64,000 nucleotides of DNA from the human T2T-CHM13v2.0 reference genome, Homo sapiens, in NCBI RefSeq assembly GCF_009914755.1, contig NC_060932.1, one strand, 5' to 3'. Positions 40,680 to 55,085 of this stretch are shown one piece after another (the first letter of the stretch is position 1; each line of letters begins with the position of its first letter). Position numbers and translations under genes: made by a program. The notes beneath the pieces were generated by a model. The model was not told where the DNA came from. It was given only the letters and a program-made list of their open reading frames with translations, and did not search any database.

Positions 40680-41430
40680 AATCTGTTAAATAAGTCACAT
40701 ATGATACAATTTATCCATTTAAAATGTGCAATTCAATGATTTTTGTTATATTCAAGCACGTATACAACCAATACCACAGTCAATTTTAGAACATTTTCAT
40801 CTCAAGAGGAAATCCTGTGTAACTTTACCTATTAGCACTTCCCCTGCGCTAACTCACCCCAGCCCTAAGCAACTATTTATCTCCATTCTACTTTCTAGAG
40901 ATTTTTTTTCTATTCTTGACTTTGTATAAATTGAAATCACATAGTACATGATTATTTGTGACTGGCTTCTTTCATTTAGCATAATATTTTCAAGGTTAAT
41001 TCATGTTGTAGTATTCATTAGTATTTCATTTCTTTTGTGGCTGAACTATGTTAGATTGTATGAATATAGACAGTTTATTTTATCATTTCATCCCTTGATG
41101 GACATTTGGATTGTTTCAAGCTTTTGTATATTATTAATAATAACGTTATGAACATTCCTATGCATTTTTCTTTGTAAATGTATATTTTCATTTCTCTTGG
41201 GTATATAAGTAGGAGTGGAATTACTGGGTTGTATTGTAGCTTTATCTTTAATCTTTTGAGGAAATTTCAGACTCTTCCAAAGTAGCAGAGCCATTTGGCA
41301 TTCTCAACAACAGGGTATGATGGTTCTGGCTTTTCCACATTATTATGTCAACAGCTGTTGTTATCTAATTTTTAAAATTGTATTTATCCTAGTGAGTGCA
41401 AAATGATATCTCACTATGGTTTGGATTTGC
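40680..41430 (-). mobile_element. L1MB-type 3' end
   Basis: ATCCATTTAAAATGTGCAATTCAATG, TTTTAGAACATTTTCATC; ORF 41088..41294 is a degenerate ORF2 C-terminus. Confidence 0.7.
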
Positions 41431-41786
41431 CTTTAACTTTTTTTATTCTAAAGTGTATTTTACCTGATATTAGTAGCTTTCTTGTGATTGTGATTAGCAT
41501 GTTTTATCATTTTTCATCTTTTTACTTTCAATCTATTTGTGATTTTGAATTTAAAATGTCTCTCCTATAGACAATATACAACTGGATAATTTTTAAAAAT
41601 CCAGTCTAAAAACATCTGCCTTTTTATTTGATTATGTAATTCATAATTAATGTTATAATTATTATAGTTGAATATATCTCTTCTACTTTAATTTTTCTAT
41701 ATGTCTCATGTCTGTTTTGTTTTTCTATTTCTCCTCTACTGTTTTCTTTTGTATTAAATATTTTCAAATGTAGCATTTTAACTTCA

Positions 41787-42292
41787 TGTGATTACTGATT
41801 TTATTTGTCAACTTGACTGGGCCACATGGTACCTAGATATTTGATTAAACAGTATCCTGAATGTGTCTGTGAGGGAGTTTTTAGATATGACTAACAATCT
41901 TGAATCAATATATTGAGTTTAGCAGGTTGTGATCTCCCCCAGTGTGATTGGGCCTCACCAACCCCTTGAAGATTTAAATAGAACAAATATTCTGAGTAAC
42001 AGAATTCACTTTTCTTTCTGTCTGTCTTCAAGCTGGAACATTTGTCTTCTCCTGTCTTTGGACTCATTCTCAGACTGAAACTTACACTATAAGCTCTCCT
42101 GCTACTAAAGTCTTCAGACTCCAACTGGAACTAAGCCATATGCTCTCCTAGGTCCTTCTCTTGCCAACAGCAGTTCATAGGACTTCTCAGCTTTTATGAT
42201 TGAGTAATAATTTCTTATAATAAATACATTTTTATCTCTATCTATATATATCTATCTTTCTGTCTAGCTATATTCTATTGGTCCTGTTTCTA
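41787..42292 (+). mobile_element. MLT2D-type 5' LTR (ERVL)
   Basis: TGTGATTACTGATTTTATTTGTCAACTTGACTGGGCCAC...AATAAA...TCTATTGGTCCTGTTTCT. Confidence 0.8.
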
Positions 42293-45200
42293 CTTTGGTT
42301 TAATTTAGATGAAGGTACTAAAAAACTTAGGGTGACTGGAATGTAAGAATGGATTTGCCAATGAAGTTTACTCACTCTGGGAGGGTACAGAAGACAATAC
42401 TGTAGAAAACATATTTGGGCAAGGAGCCCTGTGATTGCTGTTCTCTGTAGGCTATACCTTAGAGTGCAAAGTACAGTCACTGCACTGGGAAAGTTAAATG
42501 CAAAGGAAGTAAACGGATCCCAGGGTGGCAGGAGCTCAGTAGCAACACTCAACTACCAAAGGTAAGGTGGAAGTGGTAGCTGTAATGAACAGCAGAGTCA
42601 AAATTGCAATCAAAATAGTCTGACTTGTGTAGACGTATACTGTTGGCTGGTTGATTATGAAGCTCCTATAAGTGAAATAGACAGAAAGCCTAAATTGCTC
42701 CTTGATATGTATAAGCAGAAAAGGCCTATGTCAAGTGAAGAAACACCTTACATGAATCATAAAAAAGAAGAGTAATGGTCCTTCAATCAGTTCCCAGCCT
42801 AGAGCCAATAGGCAGGCCCAGAAATCTTTGAATGAAAAAAAAGCCTGGGTCTCCTTCAGGAAATTCCTCAGTACAGTGCCAAAAAGCGTATGTCATTAAT
42901 ATTTTTTCAGCCTTTCTCAAAGAGATTTATGGCATTTTACCAGGGTAACTGTGCACTGGAAAAAAGGAAAAACATCAGAACTTTCAGAGACCACTGAACA
43001 CAGGCTCTTACCTGACACAAATTCCAGGAAACCCCAAATTTATCACTATGGTACATCAGTCAGAGAAAGGATTATGGTGGCCAGGTGATGAATGGGGTTT
43101 TAGCTCAGGTATATCTCCCCATGGGCCCAGTAGGTCCCTAAACCCATCTTGTGGTTAATTCCCAGTTCTGGAATGTTAACTAGAAAACATATGCTTAACA
43201 GATGGCAGAATCCCCAAATGGGTTCTCTGACCTGTGGAATGAGGCTTATTAGGTGGGAAAAGTCAAGTGGGAGTCACTGAAAATACATCTATCTAGGAAA
43301 ATAGTAAACTGAATGCAACACTACAATTCTTAGCTGGAATTGCAGAGATTCGTGCTACCATCAAGGATGTGAAAAATGCAGGAGTGGTAATACCCAATCA
43401 ATGCCCATCAACTCACCTATTTGACCTGTTCACAAGATAGATGGATCTTGGAGAATGACAGTGGATTATCGTAAGCTTAGCCAAGTCATGAGTCTAATTG
43501 TAGCTGCTGTACCAGATATGGCTTCATTGCCTGATCAAATAAACACATCTTGTGAGACCTGGTATGCAAATATTTATGTGGCAAATGCTTTTTTTCTCAA
43601 TACCTTCAGTAAAGATTACCAACAATACACCTTTACTGACCTATCTCAGGGGTATATAAACTCTTTAGCCTATTTTTAATTTAATTTGCAGGGATCTTGA
43701 TTGCCTTACTCTTCTACAAGATATTATACTGGTTCGTTACACTGATTACATACACTGACATTATGTTGATTGCAAGTTGATTGATGAGTAAGAGTAGCTA
43801 CTAGACTTATTGGACTAGTTACACTTATTGGACACTGATGACATTATGTTGATTGTAAGTAGATTGATGAGTAAGAGTAGCTACTAGATTTATTGGACTA
43901 GTTACTGACAAGTAGCGACCAGTAAGAAGTTTAGTAACTATAGACTTAATGGTAAAGCATTTGCGTGTCAGAAGGTGGGAAATAATATCAACTAAAATTT
44001 GAGGGACTTCTACCTCAGTGAAATTTCTAGGATTCTTCCAAGGTGAAGGATAAGTTGTTGCATTTGGCCTCTTCTACAATAAAAAAAGAGAGCAGCACCC
44101 AAAGAGCCTCTTTGGATTTTGAAGGCTAAACATTCCTCATTTGGGTGTGCTACTCTGGCCCATTAACTGAATGATATGGAAAGATTTGAGCCAGGCCCCA
44201 AATAGGAGAAATCTCTGCAACAGATTCCAGGTTGCTCCACTGCTTGGGCAATATGAGCCAGTCAACCATGGTCCTTATAGTGCCAATGGCAGTTAGGGAT
44301 GCTCTTTAGAGCTTTTGACAGTCCTCTATAGGTGACTCAGAGAGCAGTAATTTAGGATTTTGGAGCAAAGTGCTTCCATTTCCTGTAGATGACTACTCTC
44401 CTTTTGATAAACAGCTCTTGGTCTGCTACTAGGCCTTAGTAGACACTGAACACTTAACCATGGGTCACAAAGTTATGACATGGCCTAAGCTTCCCATCAT
44501 AATTGTTATTATCTGACTCAGCAAGTCTTAAAGTTGGGCATGCACAACAGCACTGCATTATTAAGTGGAAATGGTACATACGTGACAGGGCTCAAGCAGG
44601 CCCTAAAGGCATAAGTAAGTAACATGAAGAAGTGGCCCAGATGCTCATGATTCCCACTTCTGCTACGTTGCCTTTTCTCTCCCAGCTTGCAGTTATGCAC
44701 TTGTGCAGAGTTCCCTATATGTTCAAAGAGAAAGAGAAGACTCAGGCCTAGTTTACAGATTGTTCTGCACGCTATGCAAGCACCACCTGAAAGTGGACAG
44801 CCATAGAACTAGAGACTTTCTGTGCAACATCCTTGAAGGATGGTGGTGAAGAGAAATGCTTTCAGAAAGTAGAATTCTGAGCAGTGCATTTGGTTGTTCA
44901 CTTTCATTCAAACAAGAGATGGCCAGATGAACAATAATATCAATTTGTGGACTGGACAGTGGTTGAACTAGATGGTAAGATATTTCAAAGGAACATGATT
45001 GAAATTGGTGACCAGAAAATTTAATGAAGAGGTATATAGTTAGACCTCTGAGTGAGAAAAAGAATCATGAAGATATGTGTGTCCCATGTGAATGCTCACC
45101 AAAGTTTTTGAGTGGAAGATTTTAATACTCTAGTAGACAGGATGACCCATTCTGTGGATACCAGTCCACCTTTTCCTTCAAACTCTGCTGTCAGTGCCGA

Positions 45201-46395
45201 ATAAGTTCATGAGCAAAATGCCTACTAGGAAAAGTATGGGGTTATACATAGATACAACAACATGGACTTCTACTTACCAAGGCCAGCCTGGTCACAGCCA
45301 TTACTGAGTGCCCAATTTGCCAGCAGCAAAGAATAAAACAGAGAGCCTGATATAACACTATGTTCTGAAGTAATTAGTTACCAAGTGATTAGTCACAATC
45401 TGGTGGCAGATTGATTACATTGAACCATTTCTTTTTATTACGGAAGGCTTAACATTTGTTTCTATATGAATAGACACTTATTCTGGATATCAATTTGCCT
45501 TCCCTGCATGCTGTGCTTCTGCCAAAACTATCATCCATAGACTGCCAGAGTATCTTATCTAGCATTATGGTATTTCACACAGCATTGCATTTCACCAAGG
45601 AACTCAGTTCAGAGCAAAATAAGTGAGGTAGTAGGCCCATGCTTATGGAAACCACTGGTTTTACCGTGATTCTTGGCATGCTGAAGCAGCTAGATTGATA
45701 GAATGGTGAAATGGCCTTCTGAGAACTCAATTACAGTGCCATATAGGTGGCCATACCTTACAAGGTTGTGCCACAATTCTTCAGATGATCAATGTCTATT
45801 GTTGGTTCTGTTCTTCCATAGCCAGGATTTATAGGTTCAGGACTCATGCTGTAAAAAAAATGGGAATGGCAGTACTCACTATTTTACACCTAGAGACACA
45901 CTAGCAAAATTTTGCTTTCTGTTCCCGTGACCTTATGCTCTGATGACTTAAAGGTCTTCATTCCAAGAGGCATGCTTTCACCAGGAGACACAACAATGAT
46001 TTCATTGAATTAGAAGTTAAGAGTCACATTTTGGGCTCCTCAGGACTCTGAATAAACAGGCAAAGAGTGGAGTTATTGTGTTGTTTGGTGAGATTGATCT
46101 TGATTATCAAGGAAAAATTGGGCTGGTAATCCACAATGAAGATAAAACAGAGTATGACTAGAATAAAGGAGATTGCTCAGAACACATCTTGGAATTACCA
46201 TGAAGTGTAATGAAGATCAATGGAAAACTATAGCAACCCAATCCAGGTAGCACTACTAATGGTCTAGACTTTTCAGGAATAAAGGTTTAGATCATTCTAC
46301 CTGGTAAAGAGCCATGGTCAGCTAAGGTTCTTGCTGAAGGTAAGAGCTATACAAAGTAGGAAGTGGAAGAAAGGCATTTTAAATACCAGCTACGA
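42293..46395 (+). pseudogene. pol: ERVL internal region (partial gag, pol, dUTPase), no 3' LTR
   Basis: MTVDYRKLSQVMSLIVAAVPD (43455..43679) ERVL RT; WQIDYIEP integrase motif near 45400; GEIDLDYQGKIGLVIHN dUTPase motif near 46085-46140; many stops. Confidence 0.85.
43756..43905. repeat. 67-bp direct duplication in ERVL RT
   Basis: Copies 43756-43822 and 43839-43905, 3 mismatches. Confidence 0.9.
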
Positions 46396-46429
46396 ATGCT
46401 CCTTTTTGTAATTTTTTTCTTTTTCTTTT

Positions 46430-47041
46430 ATAAAACAAAACTGTAAAATAAGACACCAAACTCTCCAGACAAGATGAACTCTGTGACTAGCAGATTTGAT
46501 CCAAATTTAAAAGCAGAACTAGATCGTCATAGGGGGGTGTGAGGGCAGACATATACCCTGTGTTCTCAGAGAAAAACAGCCACTGACAGATGTCCTGCTT
46601 GCATAGCATGGACTTGAATAAACTTGATGATTGATAGAAATTATGCAAGCCAAAGAAGGGTGATGTAACTAAAGACTAGAGATTCCCAAAGTGACTTCTG
46701 GAAATCCCCAATCAGAAAGAACTTGCGGCTTTAGGCTTGAAGGTCACTCAATCAGGATGCTGCTGTCTTGATAAATCCAGGTTCAGCTGAATCAACCAAT
46801 CAGAAGTAAACAATTTTGAATACTTCATTAGCATAAAAAACTGATTGAGAACATGGGCAGGAAACTTTTCTATGTAAGTCAAACCACAAACGTTCCCTTT
46901 TTTCTGGGAAATCCACTTTTGTTTCATTCTGAACACTAATTTCATTTTACACAGAAGCTCTGTCTCCCCAGGCTACAGCTTACTTTCAGAAAATAAAGTT
47001 ATCCTTTTTGCCTCCACACATTTCATGGTATTTTGTTAACA
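46430..47041 (+). mobile_element. ERV1 solo LTR, MER67-like
   Basis: CCAATCAG boxes, ATTAGCAT octamer-like site, AATAAA at about 46992, ends TTTTGTTAACA; 5' boundary uncertain. Confidence 0.55.
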
Positions 47042-47448
47042 CCCTTCTTTGGCTTGCATAATTTCTATCAATCATCAAGTTCATTCATGTTTTCTTATGC
47101 CCATTTAAATGTACTGTAGGTCCTCTCTAGTAAATTTTTTATTTGAATGATTGTACTTTCCAACTCTATAATTTCCATTTGGTTATTTTACAATTTTTTA
47201 ACAAATCTTTTATTGATATTCTCTATTTGATCCAACACTGACACTATACCTGTCTTTACTTCTTTAATCTAGCTTTCCTTTAGATTTGTAAATATATTTA
47301 AGGTAGCTACTTTACAATGTTTTCCTATTAAATCTGGAATCTGGGAAATCTCAAAGGCATTTTTGTTGCTTGCTTTTATTCCAGTTTATGGGTCATATTT
47401 TCCTGTTTCTTTGCATACCTAGTACTTTTTTATTGAAAACTAGACTTT

Positions 47449-50289
47449 AAGAAATTTTTACTTTAAGTTCTGGGATACATGTGCAGAACTTGCAAAATTG
47501 TTTTATAGATGTACATGTGCCATGGTGACTTGTTGCACCTATTGACCCATCCTCTAAGTTCCCTCCCATCGCCCCTAACCCCAACAGGACCTGGTGTCCA
47601 GTATTCCCCTCCCTGTGTCCACGTGTTCTCATTGTTCAACTCCAACTTATGAGTGAGAACATACAGTGATTGGTTTTCTGTTCCTATGCTAGTGTGATGA
47701 GGATGATGGCTTCCAGCTTCAGTCATGTCCCTGCAAAGGACATGATCTTATTCCTTTTTATGGCTGCATAGTATTCCATGGTGTATATGTACTACATTTT
47801 CTTTACCCAGTTTATCATTGATAGGCACTTGGGTTGGTTCCATGACTTTGTTACTGTAAATAGTGCTGCAGTAAACATACATGTGCATGTGTCTTTATAG
47901 AAGAATAATGTATATTTCTTTTCGTATATACCAAGTAACGGGAATGCTAGGTCAACTGGTATTTCTGGTTCCAGATCCTTGCTGAATTGCCATACTGACT
48001 TCCACAATAGTTGAACTAATTTACATTCCCACTAACGGTGTAAAAGCATTCCCATTTCTCCACAGTCTCTCCAGCATCTATTGTTTGTTAACTTTTTAAT
48101 AATCATCATTCTGACTGGCGTGAGATGGTATCTCATTGTGGTATTAATTTGCAGTTCTCTAATGATCAGTGATATTGAGCTTTTTTTCATATTTTTTGGC
48201 TGCATAAATGTCTTCTTTTGAGAAGTGTCTGTTCACGTCCTTTGTCCACTTTTTGATGGATTTGTTTTTTCTTGTAAATATGTTTAAGTTCCTTGTAAAT
48301 TCTGGGTATTAGACCTTTGTCAGATGGGTAGGTTGCAAAAATTTTCTCCCATTCTGTAGGTTAACTGTTCACACTAATGACAGTTTCTTCTGCTATACAG
48401 AATCTCTTTAGTTTAATCAGATCCCATTTGTCAATTTTGGCTTTTGTTGCCATTTCTTTTGCCATTTTCATCATGAAGTCTTTGTCCATGCCTATGTCCT
48501 GAATGTTATTGCCTTGCTTTTCTTCTAGGGTTTTTAGGGTTTGGGCTTTTACATGTAAGTCTTTAATCCATCTTGAATTACTTTTTGTATAAGGTGTAAG
48601 GAAGGGGTCCAGTTTCAGTTTTCTGCATATAGCTAGCCCATTTTCCCAGCACCATTTATTGAATAAGAGATCATTTTTCCATTACTCGTTTTTGTCAGGT
48701 TTATTGAAGATCAGATGGTTGTAGATGTGTGATGTTATTTCTGAAGTCCCTGTTCTGTTTCATTGGTCTACATGTCTGTTTTGGTATCAGTACCATCCTG
48801 TTTTGGTTACTGTAGCTTGTAGTATAGTTTGAAGTCAGGTAGCATGATGCCTCCAGCTTTATTCTTTTTGCTTAGGACTGTCTTGGCTATAGAGACACAA
48901 AAAAAAAGACTCCAAAAAATCAATGAATTCAGGAGCTGTTTTTTTGAAAAAATTAACAAAATAAATAGACTGCTGGCTAGAGTAATAGAAAAGAAAAGAG
49001 AGAAGAATCAAATAGACACACTAAAAACTAATAATTGGGATATCACCACTGACCCCACAGAAATACAAATTCCAATCAGAGAATACTATAAACATCTATC
49101 TCTATGCAAATAAAGTACAAAATTTAGAAGAAATAGATAAATTCCTGGACACATATACCCATCCCAAGAGTAAACCCGGCAGAAGTTGAATCCCTGAATA
49201 GACCGGTAACAAGTTCTGAAATTGAGGCAGTAATTAATAGCCTACCAACCAAAAAAAGCCCAGGACCAGATGGATTCACAGTCGAATTCTACCAGAGGTA
49301 CAAAGAGGAGCTGGCACCATTCCTTCTGAAACTATTCCAAACAACTGAAAATAAGGGATTCCTCCCTAATTTATTGTATGAAGCAAGAATCATTCTGATA
49401 CCAAAACTGGGAAGGGACACAACAAATAAAGAAAACTTCAGGCCAATATCCCTGATGAACATCCATGCAAGTATCCTCAATAAAATACTGGCAAACCGAA
49501 TCCAGCAGCACATCAAAAAACTTATCCACCACAATTAAGTCAGCTTCAACCCTGAGATGCAAGGCTGGTTTAACATACACAAATCAATAAACATAATCCA
49601 TCACATAAACAGAACCAATGACAAAAAACACATGATTGTCTCAATAGATGAAGAAAAGGCCTTTGATAAAATTCAACATCCCTTCATGTTAAAAACTCTC
49701 AATAAACTAGGTATTGATGGAACATATCTCAAAATAATAAGAGCTATTTACAACAAACCCACAGCCAATATCAAATTGAATGGGCAAAAGCTGGAAGCAT
49801 TCCCTTTGAAAACCGATACAAGACAAGGATGCTCTCTCTCACCACTCTTATTCAACATAGTATTGGAAGTTCTGGCAAGGGCAATAAGGCAAGAGAAAGA
49901 AATAAAGTTTATTCAAATAGGAAGAGAGGAAGTCAAATTATCTCATGACATGATTTTATATTAAGAAAACCCCATCATCTCAGCCCCAAAACTCCTTAAA
50001 CTGATAAGTAACTTCAGAAAACTCTCAGGATATAAAAATCAATGTGCAGAAATCACAAGCATTCCTTTACACCAATGATAGACAAGCAGAGAACCAAATC
50101 ATGAATAAACTCCCATTCACAATCAGTATAAAAAAATAAAATACCTAGGAATACAGCTAACAAGGGATGTGAAAGACCTTTTCAAGGAGAACTACAAACC
50201 ACTGATCAACAAAATAAGAGAGGACACAAACAAATGGAAAAACATTCTATCCTCATGGAAAGGAAAAATCAACATCGTAAAAATGGCCA
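47449..50289 (-). mobile_element. L1PA8-type element with 5' inversion (minus 47449-48890, plus 48891-50289), interrupted by the PABL_A LTR
   Basis: Junction GGCTAT|AGAGACAC; plus-strand RT region ORF 49557..49964 ([18 protein letters not shown]); TSD AAAACTAGACTTT (47436-47448) / AAAACTGGACTTT (55150-55162). Confidence 0.85.
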
Positions 50290-50921
50290 TGTTCCCAGAC
50301 CAAACTGAGGGTCAGGCAGCTGTTTCTCACCACCCAAAAACAAGATGCAGATGAACTGGGGAGGAAGAGAGTTTTTATTTCTGTAACCAGTTACAGGAGG
50401 AAGGCCTGGAAATTATTGCCAGACTAACTCAAAATTACAAAGTTTTCCAGAGCTTATATACCTTCTAAGATATATGTCTTTCTGTAAGTGTGCCTTCATC
50501 TAATGATATAAGTGATTAACTTTTATTAATCTCTAACTAAGGTATGAGTCCTGAAGACCTTCCTCTGGGCCCTAAGGAAATTTACTTAATCTAAATTGGT
50601 CAAGGCACTTGGGTGAATACCCTCATCTTATCTCTTGTTAAATCAGGGAGGCTTGAGGAGTTCCTTCAGACCCCCAATAAACTTGTTTGTGGAGGCCTGG
50701 TGAATTTCTTCAGATCCACAATAAAACTTGCTTAATCCTACATAGGTGCTGTAAAGAATTTCTTCATTATTTTGTCATGCTTTAAGGCCCAGGAGAGGCC
50801 TAAGCAAAACTCTTCATGAGCTTTTGTTACATCCCAGCCTTTGTATCAGGGCACCGGCTTTTAATATTTAGTGTAACCACTCAGTACTGAAACAGTTGTT
50901 AGTGAGGCCTGGCCTGCCACA
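50290..50921 (-). mobile_element. PABL_A LTR (3' LTR of an ERV1)
   Basis: Reverse complement begins TGTGGCAGGCCAGGCCTCACTAACAACTGTTTCAGTACTGAGTGGTTA (recalled PABL_A start); polypurine tract AGTGGGGAT adjacent. Confidence 0.75.
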
Positions 50922-53900
50922 ATCCCCACTGTCAATTTGTGCATGATTTCTATTATACTTGTACATAGGGAGACGGGGCATCGCTATCTTTCTGGCTACT
51001 TCCTGCTGAGAGGGGTTTGTCGTTATGGGACACCGAAGGTAGCACTGGAGTGGAAGCCGTCGATTTGTTCCTGGGAGCATTCTCTGTTTCAGGGGCTTAG
51101 AGGCAGCGCCTGTTGAAACATAATAGTAGGCAACAGCAATACATATAAATAGGTTGCTGTGGTTTTCTTCTGAAATTTAAGTTATCTAGTCTTCAGTTTG
51201 CAGGGCTTTAAGAAAGCACAGCTTAGGTTTCTGTCATTTCCAATTAGGAAAAATGGGAAAATAGGAAAAGAAAAAGGAAAAAAATTGAAAAACATTATTT
51301 TGAAAATTAATCCAAACCACAGAAAATAATAAAAATTGAAAAACATCAGGAAAGACTAGAATTTAACAACAGGTGTACTATAGTTTTTGAAACATAATTT
51401 TTCTCTCTCCAGTTTCCCATTTTTGTTAAAAGACAAATCATGGTAGTACTGGTTTGCTTTATTACACTTGACCTAATTATTTGTATATAGTGGAGCAAAA
51501 ATAATTATTTTTCACATAGGCCTTTTAAATTGGCTTTGATGGAACTTTGTTCCATGGAAGGAATCTGCGATAAGACTTTTTAAAGCCAAGCCCAGCCACG
51601 GATTTGTACCATCAAATACCTAGGAGTTGGGCAAATTCCTCTCCTCTTCAGGTCTCAAGATAACTTGGGGTTTCCAGCCTGTCAGAAAGTGACATTCTTT
51701 ACTTACTGCAGATTAGAAACCCTGTACAGGGACTGTGTACACAAAATATGAGGCCAGTTTTCCAAGGGATTTATTGGCTCCATAAGTCAAGTTTGATTCC
51801 TTAAAGGAAAGTGCACCATTCCATTCAAAGCCTTGGTAAAAGAACGAACTTTTCCAATTTTGTCCTGTTAAAAAACCAACCAACCAACCAACCAACAAAA
51901 AACCAGATTCTTATTGCACTTTTGCAAATAACTACATTGCCATAATTTAAGAATGCTCACAAACAGTTTCCAAATTCTGGATGGAGAATCAGGTAGAGAG
52001 AAAAAATTTGCTCCAAATTTTGTTCATAGAAGTATTCGTTACTTAGTTGTCAATTGCTGTTATAACTCAAAAGAAGAATTTCCTTGACTCTGAAATGCAA
52101 AACAAAGGATTAGCAACATTTTAAGCAAAAAGTCAAAAAGATCCCTTCAGTCTCCTATTAGCTCAGTTCATGCAGTTAATTCCTGTCCTGCTTGATATTA
52201 ATGAACATTTTAGCTCTTGAAGAGTTCTAAACATTTTCCCTCTATTTGGATGTCAAAATCTCCAAAGTTTTTGGAAACATGCATTCAAGAGCACCCATTA
52301 GAGCTTCATAGCTTATTATAAAACCACCTTCTAAAGAGGAACAAAACAAGACAACCGCTGTTTATGGATGACAAAAAGTTTAAAGTATCCATAGTTAAAG
52401 ACAAAATTGACAAGGAAGTCTGTACCTTTGTGGCACACAATAATTTAACATAACAATTATAATTATTACTGATAGCATACACTAAGATATATCAGAATTA
52501 TAGAAGTCTCCCATAACTTTGGAACACATATCATTAACATATTTATATAACATAGCCCAAAGAAAGCCAAATGCCATTTTATATTTGACAATGCTGTCTG
52601 TATAATTTTTATACCAAATAAGCCAAATTTCACTTTTACATTAGTATACTATTAACGTTAAACCCAATTCTTAGTAAAATATTATAGACATATTTACACA
52701 ATTTTAATGTTTGACCATAAAGAAAGATTTTTATAGATCTTTTATAGCCCTTTTCAATTTTTGTAAAAGAGCAGGTTAGTGCTCTAAGAGAAAACCATTG
52801 TGCTTTTATTTTAATGCTCAATTTACAGAAAAACTGGATGATACCCTTTAACTTTAGCCAATATGTTTACACACAGAATTTCCTTTATAATTAACCTCCC
52901 ACAACTTGCTTAAACTGTCATCTTTATTTTATCCAACTTAAAACAATCCTTTAACCTTTTAATCTATGCAAAAATCCGCATTCTCATGTCTCCTTATAAC
53001 CTTTTTAACAAAAGCATGTATTACTTTCCTTACACACCTTGCATGTAAACTGTTTCTCCAATAGTCTTAAATACATGTTACAGTGTTAATTCTAGGCAAC
53101 CTTTACTTTTGGTGAAAACCTCGGTAAGTCTGGGATTTTAATTATGTACTAGGTGTGGAGCCTAGGACCTAGACAGAAGTGCAGACAAGGTCTGACTTAT
53201 TCCAGCATCTAACTCCATGTGCCCCAGGACTTATCTAGAATTTAACACTCCAAAATAAATTGAACAAGTTTTAAGACAAAGAAGCAGTTTATGAACTAAA
53301 GCATTTAGCAAACTTAATATTTGACCTGCGTAATTTAGGCCAAATGTTTACATTTTTGAAGATATTTTAATTTTACTAATAATCTTTAAAATGATCTTTA
53401 TTTATATAGCTTTCTTTATATCACTCTTATTTCCTGGTTTCTTTAACCTTGTTTTATATATAAGCTTTGAATTACACAAAAATTAGTTTTCCTTTAAAAA
53501 GGACATAATTTTTAGAAAGAATATTTTCATGTAATATATTTTATTGGAAAATACCCAAATAATGAGAAATCTATTGTTTAATTTAGTATAACTTTAGATT
53601 CTAAATTACGACAAGTTTGTTTATGAGTATTCATCCCATTACATTTATCTAATTATTTATTTTAATCATTCACCTGGATCATTTATGAAAACTGTAATAG
53701 TCATCATTTAAAGTTATGAAACTGCCATTGCAAAGTTATAACTGAGACAGGGAAAATGATCTGACCTAACTGACTCCATCTTGCTTCTAACCTACAAATG
53801 TTTCTTGTTGATTAACTTAGTTTATAGTTTAGCTTTGAAAAAAAGATGGTAACAGTCGTTTCCCAGAACAAACTTCCTTCATATTTGTGGACTAGACTGC

Positions 53901-55085
53901 CTAAGCCCACAAGATTAGAAGTTAGGGTATTTTACTAAATAATTCAAGATGTAGCTATCTTCATTAAACCAATATTAATATTTCAGTTATTATAAAATTA
54001 CACAAGCAAGGTTCATTCTGTTTGGGCTGAGTTATAGCTTTGAAGCCTCCATGCCAAATTTTGACACCTTACAGTATTTGGCAGAGATATTACTGATCAA
54101 TAAATGCAAACAAAAATGTATGCTGGCAACTCTTAAGACATTTTTAATATTACTTTACCAATAATTTTAAAACTAGCTTATTTATCAAATATTTTATTTA
54201 GGTCACATAAACTTGAAAAAGCATTTGACCAGTCTTGTCTTTTCTCTATTAAAATAATTCAGTGCGCTATTATTTTTCTTTGAGCCAATTAATTACAACT
54301 CTTTTATATATTTTCAGTAGTGAAACATGGTATACACAAGACATAAATACATAGACATATTAGGCATGCCAATGGAAGTACATTTTATAGATTCATAAGA
54401 CCTCTTTTTTCCTATCTTTTAACTGGATCTTTGAGCTCTGAGCAGAGCCCACACTGAATCCTGGGTTTTCAAACAGGGAGAATTATTATGAGGCTACACC
54501 ATGTGATGCTTTTACAGTGCACTTAAATTTTTTTTTCTAAACAAAGACATTTCTAAGTGTCTAATTTACGCTTTTCCTTAAAAACCCCAGAGTAGCTTCT
54601 GTTGTAATAGATATTAATGAAGAAAACAGAATTCAGTCAACTGAGATGAAAAAACACTTTTGCTAAAAAAGACAAGGTTCTAGGAGAGAAATAAAAACAA
54701 AATCATGAAGGCCTTTTAAATATAAGCATGCACACATGCACACATACATATACACATCTTACGTGTTAGCTTTAATTAAGCTGATCTTTAACCATTGAAC
54801 TCCTAAAAAAATGTTTTTCCTTCCCAGAGGCCTCTTAGCAGGAATGGACCCAATATCTCCCATTTTTAAGTTTACATTGTATCAAATGGTATCAAAAGGA
54901 ATAAGACAAATACGCAAACAAGTGGAGATAAATTTTGGACAACCCAAAGAGGAGTGCATTCAGGCAAAACAGACTCAAAACCAACTCAAAACCTGATCTC
55001 AACCAAAAGGCAAAGCGAGTGTATGAGCGAGTCCTATTGCTTCCTTTGGTGGCACCGGACAAATGGCTTAATAAGCCCAGATAGG
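50922..55085 (-). mobile_element. Non-coding MER4-group ERV1 internal sequence (PABL_A-int-like), 5' LTR missing
   Basis: AT-rich, no retroviral ORF; homologous to 27270-28600 of the MER51A provirus (e.g. AAAATGTATGCTG..AA.TCT at about 28338 and 54113). Confidence 0.7.
53717..53927 (+). mobile_element. LTR8-like 5' fragment embedded antisense in the ERV internal region
   Basis: TGAAACTGCCATTGCAAAGTTATAACTGAG...GACCTAACTGACTCCATCTTGCTTCTAACC resembles the LTR8 start. Confidence 0.65.

Noticed and set aside
48829-49113. 94-aa ORF across the second L1 inversion junction
   Set aside because: Short chimeric artefact in an old, stop-ridden L1PA with a non-ATG start.
50290-50921. PABL sequence as an isochore or pseudoautosomal boundary marker
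   Set aside because: PABL_A is a dispersed ERV1 LTR; no sustained GC transition is visible here.
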